A stretch of DNA of 64,000 bases from the NCBI GenBank assembly GCA_963696655.1, contig CAVOLB010000051.1, forward strand, positions 11,354 to 75,353. The letters run 5' to 3'. Position numbers and translations under genes: made by a program. How positions within the stretch are numbered: position 1 is the first letter of the stretch; the number at the start of each line of letters is the position of its first letter. Positions 28,710 to 39,161 of the stretch are shown piece by piece. Source of the stretch: an uncultured Alphaproteobacteria bacterium (GTDB lineage: Bacteria; Pseudomonadota; Alphaproteobacteria; Dongiales; Dongiaceae). The notes beneath the pieces are model-generated. The model made no database searches and was not told the origin of the DNA. It saw only the letters and a list, made by a program, of their open reading frames with translations.

Positions 28710-30169
28710 TGCGCAATCTTCGCAACCTTGCGGCCAATCTGCCTCTCGCGCTGAAGGTCCCCCTTCTCGTGGCCGCGCTGACAGTCCTGGTCGCCATTGT
28801 CATTTCTCAGGTTGTCCTTTCCAGATTGGCGAAGGAACAGGCCGCCTCGCTTCGCAGCGTGGCTTCGGTCTTTATCGATGGACTGTCCACCGCCGTCACG
28901 CCTTGGCTGCTGCGCCAGGATGTCTGGGAGACATTCGACAGCCTCGATCGAGCGCGCCAACAATATGGCGGAATAGACCTGCTCTTTGTCGTCGTGACCT
29001 TGCCGGACGGTTCCGTGCTCGCCGCCTCCGCGCCTGAGAGGTTCAAGACGGGTTCTCAATTGCCCGAGCCGCTGGCGACCTTCGCGCTATCCGGCCGAGA
29101 CTTGATCGTTGACGAGCAGCAGCACAGGGCGTGGCTGATCCGTCCTGTTGAGCAGGAGCAGTTCCACATCGGAACGATCGTCGCCGAGATCGACATCAGC
29201 AAGCTGTTGGCGGTCCGCCGCGAAGTGCTGATCACCCTGATCGTCGTCAACGCAGGATTGACCTTGCTCCTCGGGACCGCAGGCTATGTGATGGTCCGAC
29301 GCATGATCCGCCCGCTGTCGCTGATCCAGGGAAGGCTCGCGACGGCATCCTCCGGTCGCCCGCAGCCGATCAATGACGTCATGATCGAGCGCGCGGGCCC
29401 GGAGTATGCCGAGTTGTATCGTCGGTTCAACGCCATGATCCGAAGCCAGGCCGAGCGCGAGGCATTGGCGGCAGAGCTCGCCAACCAGGAGAAGCTCGCG
29501 ATGCTCGGGCGACTTGCTTCCGGCATGGCCCATGAGGTGAACAACCCTCTGGGCGGATTGATGAACGCGGTGGATACGTTGGATGTGCACGGCGAGGACG
29601 CGAACGTCCGCCGTCGCACGATCGACCTGCTGCGTCGCGGCCTCGCGGGCATCCAGCAGGTGGTTCGCGCTGCGCTCATCACATACAAGAGCGATGACCG
29701 CACAAGGCTGCTGACCCACGCCGACCTCGAGGATTTGCCGTTTCTCATTCAACACGAGACCGGCGCCAAGCAGATCGACCTGCGCTGGCGCAACGATCTG
29801 CCGGATGAGCTCCAAGTCGATGCCTCGTCAATTCGGCAGATTGCGCTCAACATGCTGCTCAATGCCTGTGCGGCGACGCCCGAACGGAGCCAGGTGTCGT
29901 TTATCGCGACGGTCGTCGACCACTCCCTGAGATTGTCGGTCACCGACGAGGGGCCGGGTTTGCCGGCGACGGCCTTCGCTGCCGCTCGGGCAGGCGCGGC
30001 GGGCGAAGCCGCGCCAGGCGGTCAAGGTCTGGGTCTCTGGACGGCCTCTCGGCTGGCTGCCAGGCTCGGGGGGCGGTTGGACATGCGGTCGGCGTCGAGT
30101 GGCGGCGCCGAGATTGAACTCACGGCGCCTTTGCCCCGGGAACAGGAGGATCTCCGTGAGGTCGCATGA
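28709..30169 (+). CDS. aioS: sensor histidine kinase AioS
   Basis: Two N-terminal TM segments, H-box LGRLASGMAHEVNNPL, and an ATPase G-box GQGLGLW. Its ATG overlaps the aioX stop (TGATG). Confidence 0.85.
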   Translation: MRNLRNLAANLPLALKVPLLVAALTVLVAIVISQVVLSRLAKEQAASLRSVASVFIDGLSTAVTPWLLRQDVWETFDSLDRARQQYGGIDLLFVVVTLPDGSVLAASAPERFKTGSQLPEPLATFALSGRDLIVDEQQHRAWLIRPVEQEQFHIGTIVAEIDISKLLAVRREVLITLIVVNAGLTLLLGTAGYVMVRRMIRPLSLIQGRLATASSGRPQPINDVMIERAGPEYAELYRRFNAMIRSQAEREALAAELANQEKLAMLGRLASGMAHEVNNPLGGLMNAVDTLDVHGEDANVRRRTIDLLRRGLAGIQQVVRAALITYKSDDRTRLLTHADLEDLPFLIQHETGAKQIDLRWRNDLPDELQVDASSIRQIALNMLLNACAATPERSQVSFIATVVDHSLRLSVTDEGPGLPATAFAAARAGAAGEAAPGGQGLGLWTASRLAARLGGRLDMRSASSGGAEIELTAPLPREQEDLREVA

Positions 30170-31469
30170 TCGAGCGAGGATCGGATTGATCGAGGACGAC
30201 CCCATCATGGGGGAGTCGATCGTTCAGCGGCTGGATCTGGAAGGCTATCGGGTGGCCTGGTGGCAATCGGGCCAGGATGCCTTGCGCGCGGTCCGGGAGG
30301 AGGCGCCCGATCTTCTGGTCTGCGATGTCCGGCTCCCGGACATGAACGGAGAGTCGCTGTTCAACAAGATCATCCCCGATGCGCCGGGGTTGCCCTTCCT
30401 CTTCATTACGGGCTTTGCCCAGGTCGAGCAGGCCGTGCGGCTGATGCGCGCCGGGGCGGCGGACTATGTGGCCAAGCCGTTCGCGATGGCCGATTTTCTG
30501 GCCAAGGTCGAAGCGCTGGTGCGCCGACCGGCGGATCGGCCCCATCCGCTGGGCGCGTCGCCGGCAATGGTCCGGATCGAGGAGTTGCTGCGCCGCGTGG
30601 GCGACATCGATTCGACCGTTCTCTTTACCGGAGAAAGCGGCGTCGGGAAGGAGGTGGCCGCGCGCTTCCTGCATGCGCAGTCGGATCGATCCCGCGATCC
30701 GTTCGTGGCGGTCAACTGCGCCGCGATCCCGCGGGAGCTCTTGGAGAGCGAACTGTTCGGGCATGAGCGCGGGGCCTTTACCGGCGCCGCGACCCGCCAT
30801 CTGGGGTATGTCGAACGCGCCGCCGGCGGGATTCTCTTTCTTGACGAGATCGGCGAACTGCCGCTTCCTCTCCAATCCAAGCTCCTGCGGCTTCTCGAGG
30901 CGCGCCGCTTCCAAAGGGTCGGTGGAGAGGCGGAATTGATCTGCAACGCCCGGATCGTTTGCGCCACCAACGCCGATCTGCATGCGGCCGCCCTCGCCGG
31001 CGGGTTCCGGCAGGATCTGCTGTTTCGGATTTGCGTGATCGAGGCAAACATCCCTCCATTGCGCGAGCGGCGCGAGGACATCGGTCCCCTGCTCGATCTG
31101 TTCCGGGTCCAGTTCGCGGCAGCCTTCGACCGCCGTGTTGCCGGCTATCAACCTCGATCGATCGAGGCCGCGATGCTGCATGACTGGCCCGGTAACGTGC
31201 GGGAACTGCGCAATCGCGTGGAGCGTGCGATTGCCCTGGCGCAGGCACCCTGGATCGCGCCGGAGTCGCTGTTCCCCGAACGCGCCGCGGCGGGCGCTGC
31301 GGCCGAGGAATTTTCGCCTCTGGCGGAAGTCCGCGACCGGATCGAGAGCCAGCATATCCGCAATGCGTTGGAGCGCGCGCAGGGCCGGGTCGAAGAGGCC
31401 GCCAGGCTGCTCGGGATATCGCGGTCGACCCTTTTCGAGAAGATGCGCCGGCTGAAGCTCGGCCACTGA
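30156..31469 (+). CDS. aioR: sigma-54-dependent response regulator AioR (NtrC family)
   Basis: Receiver domain (LLVCDVRLPDMNG), AAA+ Walker A (GESGVGKE), GAFTGA motif and a C-terminal Fis-type HTH. GTG at 30156 lies 7 nt after AGGAGG. Confidence 0.88.
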   Translation: MRSHDRARIGLIEDDPIMGESIVQRLDLEGYRVAWWQSGQDALRAVREEAPDLLVCDVRLPDMNGESLFNKIIPDAPGLPFLFITGFAQVEQAVRLMRAGAADYVAKPFAMADFLAKVEALVRRPADRPHPLGASPAMVRIEELLRRVGDIDSTVLFTGESGVGKEVAARFLHAQSDRSRDPFVAVNCAAIPRELLESELFGHERGAFTGAATRHLGYVERAAGGILFLDEIGELPLPLQSKLLRLLEARRFQRVGGEAELICNARIVCATNADLHAAALAGGFRQDLLFRICVIEANIPPLRERREDIGPLLDLFRVQFAAAFDRRVAGYQPRSIEAAMLHDWPGNVRELRNRVERAIALAQAPWIAPESLFPERAAAGAAAEEFSPLAEVRDRIESQHIRNALERAQGRVEEAARLLGISRSTLFEKMRRLKLGH

Positions 31470-31483
31470 GACATCGGCGGAAG

Positions 31484-31532
31484 GAGTCCGGAAGATCGGA
31501 CTCATACCGCCTCGATTGTCCGGACTTCCGGA
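31484..31532. promoter_or_regulatory. palindromes upstream of the aioB promoter (candidate AioR enhancer sites and/or aioR terminator)
   Basis: GAGTCCG GAAGAT CGGACTC (31484-31503), then GTCCGGAC TTCCGGA (31518-31532). They lie about 60-110 nt upstream of the -24/-12 element. Confidence 0.4.
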
Positions 31533-31593
31533 TCATGCTGCCCCGCAGCAGCGATTAATGGCGCAAAACCGGTGCAGGCGCTGCATCGCAACC

Positions 31594-31608
31594 TGGCATG
31601 GCGCCTGC
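31594..31608 (+). promoter_or_regulatory. sigma-54 (-24/-12) promoter of aioBA
   Basis: TGGCATGGCGCCTGC fits TGGCAC-N5-TTGC with correct GG/GC spacing. It lies 44 nt upstream of the aioB ATG and downstream of a bEBP gene. Confidence 0.7.
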
Positions 31609-31651
31609 GTCTCTCAGGCAGAAGACGTTGATCACCTGGGAGAGGGGAACC

Positions 31652-32182
31652 ATGTCCAAGAGTTGCGATAAGCTGGTCGACTCCGGTCGCCGGCAATTTC
31701 TGCGCGGCACCGGCATCGCAGCGGCGGGTGGCGTTGCGACGGTCGTCACGCCGTCGGCGGGCAAGGCGGCGGTGCCGCTGGCGAGAGTCACATACCCCAG
31801 CCAGAAGCTCGCCAACGTCAAAGACCTCAAGACCGACGAGCCGATGGATATCAGTTATCCCGACAAGGATTCCCCCGGGGTCCTGATCAAGCTCGGAAAG
31901 GCCGTCGAGGGGGGCGTGGGGTCCGACGGCGACATCGTCGCGTTCTCGACCTTGTGCCCGCATAAGGGCTTTCCCTTGAGTTATGTGGCTGCCGACAAGA
32001 GCCTCAACTGCCCGGGCCACTATTCCCGCTTCGACTGCGAGAAGGGCGGCATGGAGATCTGGGGCCAGGCGACCCAGAACCTTCCGCAATTTTCGCTTCG
32101 CGTCGACAGCAAGGGCGACATCTATGCCGAGGCCGTCGACGAACTGATCTATGGCCGTCTCAGCAACGTCCTGTCGGCCTGA
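31652..32182 (+). CDS. aioB: arsenite oxidase small (Rieske) subunit, Tat signal
   Basis: Tat signal SGRRQFLRGTGIAAAGG and Rieske motifs CPHKG...CPGHYS. Confidence 0.92.
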   Translation: MSKSCDKLVDSGRRQFLRGTGIAAAGGVATVVTPSAGKAAVPLARVTYPSQKLANVKDLKTDEPMDISYPDKDSPGVLIKLGKAVEGGVGSDGDIVAFSTLCPHKGFPLSYVAADKSLNCPGHYSRFDCEKGGMEIWGQATQNLPQFSLRVDSKGDIYAEAVDELIYGRLSNVLSA

Positions 32183-32193
32183 GGGAGCGAACC

Positions 32194-34656
32194 ATGACCT
32201 ACAAGCGCAATATTGACCGTTTGCCGATTCCGCCCAAGGACGCGAAGGTCCACAACGTCACCTGCCATTTCTGCATCGTCGGCTGCGGCTATCACGCCTA
32301 CAGCTGGGACGTGAACAAGCAGGGCGGCACCGCGGCGGGCCAGAACGCCTTCGGCGTCGACCTCTCGAAGCAGCAGGACGCCGAGACGGTGAACTGGTTC
32401 GCGCCTTCGATGCACAACATCGTGAAGCAGAACGGCCGCGACGTTCACATCGTCATCAAGCCGGACCATGACTGCGTCGTGAACTCGGGGCTGGGCTCGG
32501 TCCGGGGCGCCCGCATGGCCGAGGAATCCTTCTCCGAGGTGACCGGAACACAGGCGCAGCGACTGACCGATCCCCTGGTCTGGCGCTATGGCGGCCTCTA
32601 TCCGACCTCCTGGCAGGATGCGCTCGATTTGGTCGCGGCCGTCACGCAGCGGGTGGTCGCCGAGCAGGGCGAGGACGGGTTGATCGTCTCGGCCTTCGAT
32701 CATGGCGGGGCCGGCGGTGGCTATGAGAATACCTGGGGCACCGGCAAGCTCTATTTCGAGAGCATGAAGGTCAAGAACATCCGGATTCACAACCGGCCGG
32801 CCTATAACTCCGAGGTTCATGCGACGCGCGACATGGGCGTGGGCGAGCTCAACAACTGCTACGAGGACGCCGAGCTGGCGGACACCATCTTTGCCGTCGG
32901 CACCAACGCGCTGGAGACCCAGACCAATTATTTCCTCAATCACTGGATCCCCAACCTTCGCGGCACCTCGCTCGACAAGAAGAAAAAACAGCTTGCGGGG
33001 GAGGCTCACGCGGCCGGCCGTATCGTCATCGTCGACCCGCGGCGTACCGTCACCGTCAATGCCTGCGAGATGGAGGCGGGCAAGGACAATGTCCTGCACC
33101 TCGCGATCAATTCCGGCACCGACCTGGCGCTGTTCAATGCGCTGACGACCTATGTCGCGGAGAAGGGCTGGGTCGATAAGGGTTTCATCGCCGCTTCGAC
33201 CAGCGGCTATGACGATATGCTGGCCGCCAACAAGACCAGTCTGGAGGACGCCGCCAAGATCACGGGCCTCACCGTGGAGCAGATCCAGACCGCCGCGTCC
33301 TGGATCGCCGAACCCAAGGACGGCAAGCGTCGCCGCACGATGTTCTGCTACGAGAAGGGTCTGATCTGGGGCAACGACAATTATCGGACCAACGGCGCCC
33401 TGGTGAACCTGGCCCTCTCGACCGGCAATATCGGCCGGCCCGGCGGCGGCTGCGTTCGCATGGGCGGGCATCAGGAGGGCTACGTTCGTCCTTCCGATGC
33501 CCATGTGGGACGGCCCGCGGCCTATGTCGATCAGCTTCTGATCCAGGGCAAGGGCGGCGTTCATCACATCTGGGCCTGCGACAACTACAAGACCACGCTG
33601 AACGCGCTCGAGTTCAAGCGTGTCTACAAGAAGCGTACCGACATGGTGAAGGACGCCATGTCGAGCGTGCCCTATGGCGATCGCGCGGCCCAGGTGGAGG
33701 CCATCATGGCGGCCATCCGCCAGGGCGGCCTCTTCGTCGTCGATATGGATATCGTGCCGACCAAGATCGGCCAGGCCGCCCATGTGATGCTGCCGGCGGC
33801 GACCTCGGGCGAGATGAATCTCACCTCGATGAACGGCGAACGGCGGATGCGCCTGACCGAGCGCTATATGGACCCTCCGGGCCAGGCCAAGCCCGACTGC
33901 CTGATCGCGGCGGGGATCGCACAGGCGCTGGAGAAGGCATGGCGCGCCGCGGGCAAGGACGACATCGCCGACAAATTCAAGGGCTATGACTGGAAGACCG
34001 AGGAAGACGCCTTCATGGATGGTTATCACCAGCATGCCGGCGGCGGCGAGAACGTCACCTATGACCGGCTGCGGGCGATGGGAACCAACGGGTTCCAGGA
34101 ACCCTCCGTCGGTTTCAAGGACGGCAAGATCGTCGGCACCCAGCGGCTCTACGCCGACGGAAAATTCGGCGGGAAGGATGGGAAGGCCATCTTCATGGCG
34201 ACGGCCTGGCGGGGATTCCAGGCCGAAGGCAAGCAGGCGGAGAAGGACAAGTTCGCCTTCCTGATCAATAACGGCCGCGCCAACCAGGTCTGGCAATCGG
34301 CCTATCTCGATCAGCAGAACGATTTCGTGATGGACCGCTGGCCGCTGCCCTTCATCGAAATGAACCCCAATGACATGGCCGAGCTCAAACTGAACCAGGG
34401 GGATCTGGTCGAGGTCTTCAACGACAACGGCTCGACCCAGGCCATGGTCTATCCGACGCCGACGGCGAAGCCGAAGGAGACCTTCATGCTCTTCGCTTTC
34501 CCGACCGGTCCGGTGGGAAACGTCGTCTCGAAGGGGGTGAATGAGTTCATCATCCCGAACTACAAGCAGACCTGGGGGAACATCCGGAAGATCGCCGATG
34601 CGCCCGAGGTCACCAAATCATTGACCTTCAAGTCGCAGGAATATCGCGTCGGTTGA
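32194..34656 (+). CDS. aioA: arsenite oxidase large (molybdopterin, 3Fe-4S) subunit
   Basis: N-terminal CHFCIVGCGYH cluster motif, about 820 aa, strong resemblance to AioA throughout, and adjacency to aioB. Confidence 0.93.
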   Translation: MTYKRNIDRLPIPPKDAKVHNVTCHFCIVGCGYHAYSWDVNKQGGTAAGQNAFGVDLSKQQDAETVNWFAPSMHNIVKQNGRDVHIVIKPDHDCVVNSGLGSVRGARMAEESFSEVTGTQAQRLTDPLVWRYGGLYPTSWQDALDLVAAVTQRVVAEQGEDGLIVSAFDHGGAGGGYENTWGTGKLYFESMKVKNIRIHNRPAYNSEVHATRDMGVGELNNCYEDAELADTIFAVGTNALETQTNYFLNHWIPNLRGTSLDKKKKQLAGEAHAAGRIVIVDPRRTVTVNACEMEAGKDNVLHLAINSGTDLALFNALTTYVAEKGWVDKGFIAASTSGYDDMLAANKTSLEDAAKITGLTVEQIQTAASWIAEPKDGKRRRTMFCYEKGLIWGNDNYRTNGALVNLALSTGNIGRPGGGCVRMGGHQEGYVRPSDAHVGRPAAYVDQLLIQGKGGVHHIWACDNYKTTLNALEFKRVYKKRTDMVKDAMSSVPYGDRAAQVEAIMAAIRQGGLFVVDMDIVPTKIGQAAHVMLPAATSGEMNLTSMNGERRMRLTERYMDPPGQAKPDCLIAAGIAQALEKAWRAAGKDDIADKFKGYDWKTEEDAFMDGYHQHAGGGENVTYDRLRAMGTNGFQEPSVGFKDGKIVGTQRLYADGKFGGKDGKAIFMATAWRGFQAEGKQAEKDKFAFLINNGRANQVWQSAYLDQQNDFVMDRWPLPFIEMNPNDMAELKLNQGDLVEVFNDNGSTQAMVYPTPTAKPKETFMLFAFPTGPVGNVVSKGVNEFIIPNYKQTWGNIRKIADAPEVTKSLTFKSQEYRVG

Positions 34657-34718
34657 CGGAATTCGATCTGACGGCGGGGCTGCAGCGGGCAGCCCCGCCA
34701 TTCCTGCGCAAGGGCTCG

Positions 34719-35099
34719 ATGGCAAGAATTTCCAACCTGTTGGCAGCAGGAACGGTCCTCCTGGCGCTGTATCCAGCCTGTCCAGCCCGATCCGATGACG
34801 TCGCGAATGGCGAAGCCGTCTTTCGGCAATGCGGCGCCTGTCATTCCCTCGCGCCCGGACAGACCAAGGTTGGCCCGTCGCTCCATGGATTGTTCGGCCG
34901 CAAGGCGGGAACGCTCGAGGGTTTCAACTACTCCTCGGCAATGCGGAACAGTGGCCTCGTCTGGGGACCGGAGACGCTGGCGACGTATCTCCATTCGCCC
35001 AAGGACGTGGTTCCGGGCACCCGAATGGCGTTTGCGGGCGTCAAGGATGACGCCAAGCTGCGGGATCTGATCGCCTATCTCAAGCAAGCGACGCAGTAG
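34719..35099 (+). CDS. cytC: periplasmic class I c-type cytochrome (aio-associated cytC)
   Basis: Signal peptide, a single CGACH haem motif and a distal Met (PGTRMAF). Confidence 0.85.
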   Translation: MARISNLLAAGTVLLALYPACPARSDDVANGEAVFRQCGACHSLAPGQTKVGPSLHGLFGRKAGTLEGFNYSSAMRNSGLVWGPETLATYLHSPKDVVPGTRMAFAGVKDDAKLRDLIAYLKQATQ

Positions 35100-35107
35100 A
35101 GGCGCCG

Positions 35108-36100
35108 ATGCGGGACCCGTTCGGCCGGCATATCTCCTATCTCAGAGTATCGGTGACCGACCGTTGCGATCTGCGCTGCGTCTATTGCATGGCCGAGGAC
35201 ATGAGGTTCCTGCCGCGATCGGAAGTCCTCTCGATCGAGGAACTGGATCGGCTCTGCAGCTGCTTCATCCGCCTTGGCGTGGAGAAACTGCGCCTGACGG
35301 GCGGCGAACCGCTGACCCGGCGCGGTTTCATGGACCTGGTCGGCTTGCTTTCGCGCCATCTGCGATCGGGTGCGCTGCGGGAACTGACCTTGACGACCAA
35401 TGGAACCCGGCTCGCCAAATATGCCGAGGGGCTGGCGGCGGCCGGCATCCGCCGCGTCAATGTCTCGCTGGACACGTTGCGGCCGGACCGGTTCCAAGCT
35501 GTTACCCGATGGGGGCGCCTGCCTGTCGTGATGGAGGGCCTGGCTGCCGCCAAGGCAGCCGGATTGCAGGTCAAGATCAACACGGTCGCCCTCAAGGGAT
35601 TGAATCACGACGAACTCGGCGATCTCGTCGCCTGGTGCGGCGCCGAAGGTTTCGATATAGCCTTCATCGAGGTCATGCCCATGGGCGATATCGGCGGCGA
35701 GCAGAGGCTGGACCAGTTCTATCCGCTGTCGATGGTGAGGGCCGATCTCGGCCAGCGCTGGACCCTGCGCGATTCCGACCATCGGACCGGAGGGCCGGCG
35801 CGCTATGTGGATTGCCTCGAGACCGGCCGGCGGATCGGCTTCATCACGCCCCTGACCCATAATTTCTGCGAAAGCTGCAACCGCGTTCGCGTGACCTGCA
35901 CCGGCCAGCTCTATATGTGCCTGGGTCAGGAGGACAGTGCCGACCTGAGAGCGGCCTTGCGGGCGAGCGAGGGAGACGAACGGCTCGAGAGTGCGATCGC
36001 CGAGGCCATTTCCCGAAAGCCGCGCGGTCACGACTTTATCCTCGACCGCCGCAGTTCCAATGTCGCAGTTCCCCGGCACATGTCTGTTACCGGCGGATAA
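35108..36100 (+). CDS. moaA: GTP 3',8-cyclase (molybdenum cofactor biosynthesis protein A)
   Basis: Radical-SAM motif CDLRCVYCM, a C-terminal CxxCNRxRxTxxG cluster ([13 protein letters not shown]) and a Gly-Gly C-terminus. Confidence 0.92.
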   Translation: MRDPFGRHISYLRVSVTDRCDLRCVYCMAEDMRFLPRSEVLSIEELDRLCSCFIRLGVEKLRLTGGEPLTRRGFMDLVGLLSRHLRSGALRELTLTTNGTRLAKYAEGLAAAGIRRVNVSLDTLRPDRFQAVTRWGRLPVVMEGLAAAKAAGLQVKINTVALKGLNHDELGDLVAWCGAEGFDIAFIEVMPMGDIGGEQRLDQFYPLSMVRADLGQRWTLRDSDHRTGGPARYVDCLETGRRIGFITPLTHNFCESCNRVRVTCTGQLYMCLGQEDSADLRAALRASEGDERLESAIAEAISRKPRGHDFILDRRSSNVAVPRHMSVTGG

Positions 36101-36251
36101 AGAAAACAAAGGCCGTCGCGTCCCGAATCGGGAACCCACCTGTTCCAGGACAGCGCGCTCGCGGTGGTGAGCGTCGGGCATGGCGGTTTGCCTTGATTCC
36201 ACGCGCCGGCGACTTGCAGACTCCGGCGACGCGAGTTCCAGGGGCGAATCG

Positions 36252-37121
36252 ATGAATGCCAGAGATGTCGGCTTGGCGGTCCTGCCGCCCCTGTTGTGGG
36301 CGGTCGCCTACACCTTGGCCAAGCCCTCGGTCATGCATTTTCCGCCTCTCTTCATGTCGGCGATCGCCTACGCGGTGGCAGCCTGCCTGCTGTTCCGCCC
36401 TTCCCGGCGATTTCGGACTTCATGGGGGGCGCTCGTGGCAATCGCGACTTTGGGCGGGGCGGTCCAGAGCGGGCTGATCTTTATCGGTCTCCAAGGCGTG
36501 CCGGCTTCGACCGCAATATTGGTGGTGCAGTCGCAAGTTCCGTTTGCCGTTCTGAGCGCCTGGGCGATCGGTCGCGAGAGGCTGAGCCTTTGGCGTTGCC
36601 TCGGCATCGTCGTCGCGCTGGTGGGTATTGCCATGGTGGCTGGAGCGCCCGAGAGCATTGGCGCATTCTGGTCCTTGGCTCTTGTCGTCCTGGGAACCCT
36701 CGCCTGGGGTATATCGCAGGCGCTCATTCGGCGGTTCGGTCGGGATGACGGCAATGCGATGATGGCAGCCATCTCGACTCTCGCCGCGCCGCAGTTGATG
36801 ATTGTTTCACTGCTGACGGAGCAGGGACAGATGTCCGCTCTGACAACGGCGACGCCCCTGGAATGGGGCGGTGTCGTGCTGTTGGCGACGGGCGGCTGGG
36901 CTATCGCCTATTCGATCTGGTACGGCTTGATGAAACGCTACCGCGTCGACCAGATCGCACCCTTCGCACTGCTGATGCCGCCGCTGGGTGTCCTGGTCAG
37001 TTATGTCTGTCTGGGCGAGCGCATATCCGGCGCGGCCATCGTTGGCGCCGCCGTCATCATGATAGGCTTGGCGATCATCGTCCGCGCACCGGTTCCCAAA
37101 ACGGTGGAGCTGCAGGCCTAG
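36252..37121 (+). CDS. EamA/DMT family transporter
   Basis: Ten hydrophobic segments forming two EamA-like halves. ATG at 36252. Confidence 0.75.
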   Translation: MNARDVGLAVLPPLLWAVAYTLAKPSVMHFPPLFMSAIAYAVAACLLFRPSRRFRTSWGALVAIATLGGAVQSGLIFIGLQGVPASTAILVVQSQVPFAVLSAWAIGRERLSLWRCLGIVVALVGIAMVAGAPESIGAFWSLALVVLGTLAWGISQALIRRFGRDDGNAMMAAISTLAAPQLMIVSLLTEQGQMSALTTATPLEWGGVVLLATGGWAIAYSIWYGLMKRYRVDQIAPFALLMPPLGVLVSYVCLGERISGAAIVGAAVIMIGLAIIVRAPVPKTVELQA

Positions 37122-37148
37122 CGGGAGGCAGCGGACACGATCTCTGCG

Positions 37149-39161
37149 CTAGGTCGCGAAATATTTCGCCAGCCGATGCGATGAGTGGGCCTGCCAGCCG
37201 TCGCCGGTGTCGAGGAAGCCGTCCCAGCGCGGGTCGTCCTTGCTGCCCGGCTTGACCTTCTTCTTTTTCGCGTCGGCGGTGAGCTCGGCCTCGGCGGCGC
37301 GGAAGCGGTAATGATCCCAGACATCCAGCACATGGACCATATAGGCCAGCGCCAGGGGCTGGTGGCCGCGCACGATCACGAGATTCTCGTCGTTCGAATA
37401 GGACGCCTTGTAACCCATATTGTGGCTGCCGAAGGCGACGACGCATTTCACCGGGTCCAGCGGATCGATCACGATCAGCTTGTCATGGATGATGGCGCGC
37501 CCGACCGTGAGTTTCTCGTCGAACTCGAAGTCGCCGAGCGGCCGGCCGATCTCGTCGTCGGTCAGCGCCGTGGCGCGCAGGACCGACACGCCGTTTTGCG
37601 TGAAGACATGCGGCGACCAGGCGGGAAGCTTCTTGCCGCCGGCGGTCTTGCTGCTGGGAACATAGCCCCACATGGCCTGCGTGTCCGAGATGGCGCCGAT
37701 GACCTCAAGCGAGCTGTCCTTGACGCCCAGCGCCACGGCCTCGGACACGATCGAGTTGAGGCCGCCGCGCGAGGGCATGAAGACCAGGAAGAAGATCGAG
37801 CGCTCGGCCTTGCGCATCAGCGAGAACAGCCGGTCCATGTCGGGCGGCGGTGCCGAGGGCGTCTTCGCCATCTTCGACGGCGGCTGCGCCTTGCCCGGCA
37901 TGTTCGGCGAGAACCAGACCTCCATGCTGCCGCCACCCGTCAGGCTCGCCGTCACCGGCGTGCGATCGGCGGTCTTGAGCGCATCGCCCTGGTCGGCGCC
38001 GGTCGCCTTGGCGCCGAGCGGCTTCGGCAGCTTCTGCTTGTCGGCCTGGAGCCGCTTCCAATAGGCGAGATAGGCCTCGGCGATCCTGGCATCGTCGATC
38101 CGGATGCAGTTGTTGCTCTGGCCGGCGACGCCCGACCAGGTCCAATTGGTCGAGCCGGTGAGAACCGATCGGGCCTTGCCCGCCTCGTCGACATGCACCA
38201 CGAACTTGTTGTGCCCGATATGGCCGGACCCGTTGAACATGCGGTCCTGCATGGTGAATTTGGTGCCGGCTTTCTTCGCGAGGGCGCGGAGCGCCTTGCG
38301 CGCCGGGGCGTTGCGCGTGTCATAGGCGGTCGGCTGCTTGCCGCTCGCATTCGGCTCGGCATCCTCGTCCGTGCCGCTGCCGGCGTCCGACAGGATCAGG
38401 TCGAGCCGTTCGACATTGGCCTTCAGCAGCGCCACCAGCTCCTCGTCCTCGAGCTCGTAGAGGGCGGCGTGGAAACGGCCCTTGGGCTGCTGGAAGAAAT
38501 CGTTCATGAGCGGCAGGACATCGCCGGCGAGATAGTTGCGCAGCCAGTCCTTCGGCTTGCGCAGATGCGCTTCCAGCTCGCCGGGCACGATCTTGCCGTC
38601 CTCCTCGAGCACGCGGAGCAGAAACTGCGTCGACAGGATGCCGTTGGTGAAGGTCGAGGTGAAGGGCGGCCTGGCGCGCGTCACGTCGATGGCGTTGCTG
38701 AGGGCAGCGTTGGTGAGATAGCCCAGCGGGATGGGTGTGCCCTCATAGCGGTTGGGCACCATCTTGCGGGTCTTGGCGTCCCAATGGCTTTCGGGAAGGA
38801 TCACCACCGGATCGAGCCCGGCCTTCATCTTGCCCACGGCGCGGATCGCGTAGCGCACCCGTACCTGGTCGGGCCGGCGCTCGGCCTTGTCGCGCTTCTT
38901 GCGCAAGGTCAGGTCGCGCCAGGAGAATTTCTGTACCGGCCAGACGCTCGTGTTCTGCGGCTGCCAGTCGGGGTTGCGCTGTCCCTTGAAGGCCACGTAG
39001 GAGGCGAGCGCGCGTTCCTCGGTCACCTTGTCGGCGCTATCGAGATATTGCCGGAGGATGTGGAATCCGAGGCAGCCGGGGATCGAGCTGCCCCCGATCG
39101 TCCAGGCGAGATAGGCCACCTCGTTGTTCGCGAAGGCGCGGGCTTTGATGATCGCGGCCAT
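37149..39161 (-). CDS. phospholipase D superfamily protein with two HKD motifs (670 aa)
   Basis: Motif 1 is HIGHNKFVVHVD...GSTNWT and motif 2 is IHDKLIVID...FGSHNMG. The N-terminal domain of about 300 aa has no recognisable family. Confidence 0.8.
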   Translation of the reverse strand: MAAIIKARAFANNEVAYLAWTIGGSSIPGCLGFHILRQYLDSADKVTEERALASYVAFKGQRNPDWQPQNTSVWPVQKFSWRDLTLRKKRDKAERRPDQVRVRYAIRAVGKMKAGLDPVVILPESHWDAKTRKMVPNRYEGTPIPLGYLTNAALSNAIDVTRARPPFTSTFTNGILSTQFLLRVLEEDGKIVPGELEAHLRKPKDWLRNYLAGDVLPLMNDFFQQPKGRFHAALYELEDEELVALLKANVERLDLILSDAGSGTDEDAEPNASGKQPTAYDTRNAPARKALRALAKKAGTKFTMQDRMFNGSGHIGHNKFVVHVDEAGKARSVLTGSTNWTWSGVAGQSNNCIRIDDARIAEAYLAYWKRLQADKQKLPKPLGAKATGADQGDALKTADRTPVTASLTGGGSMEVWFSPNMPGKAQPPSKMAKTPSAPPPDMDRLFSLMRKAERSIFFLVFMPSRGGLNSIVSEAVALGVKDSSLEVIGAISDTQAMWGYVPSSKTAGGKKLPAWSPHVFTQNGVSVLRATALTDDEIGRPLGDFEFDEKLTVGRAIIHDKLIVIDPLDPVKCVVAFGSHNMGYKASYSNDENLVIVRGHQPLALAYMVHVLDVWDHYRFRAAEAELTADAKKKKVKPGSKDDPRWDGFLDTGDGWQAHSSHRLAKYFAT

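Noticed and set aside
32149-34296. 715-aa minus-strand ORF
   Set aside because: Antisense to aioA. Shadow-ORF composition and no domain signatures.
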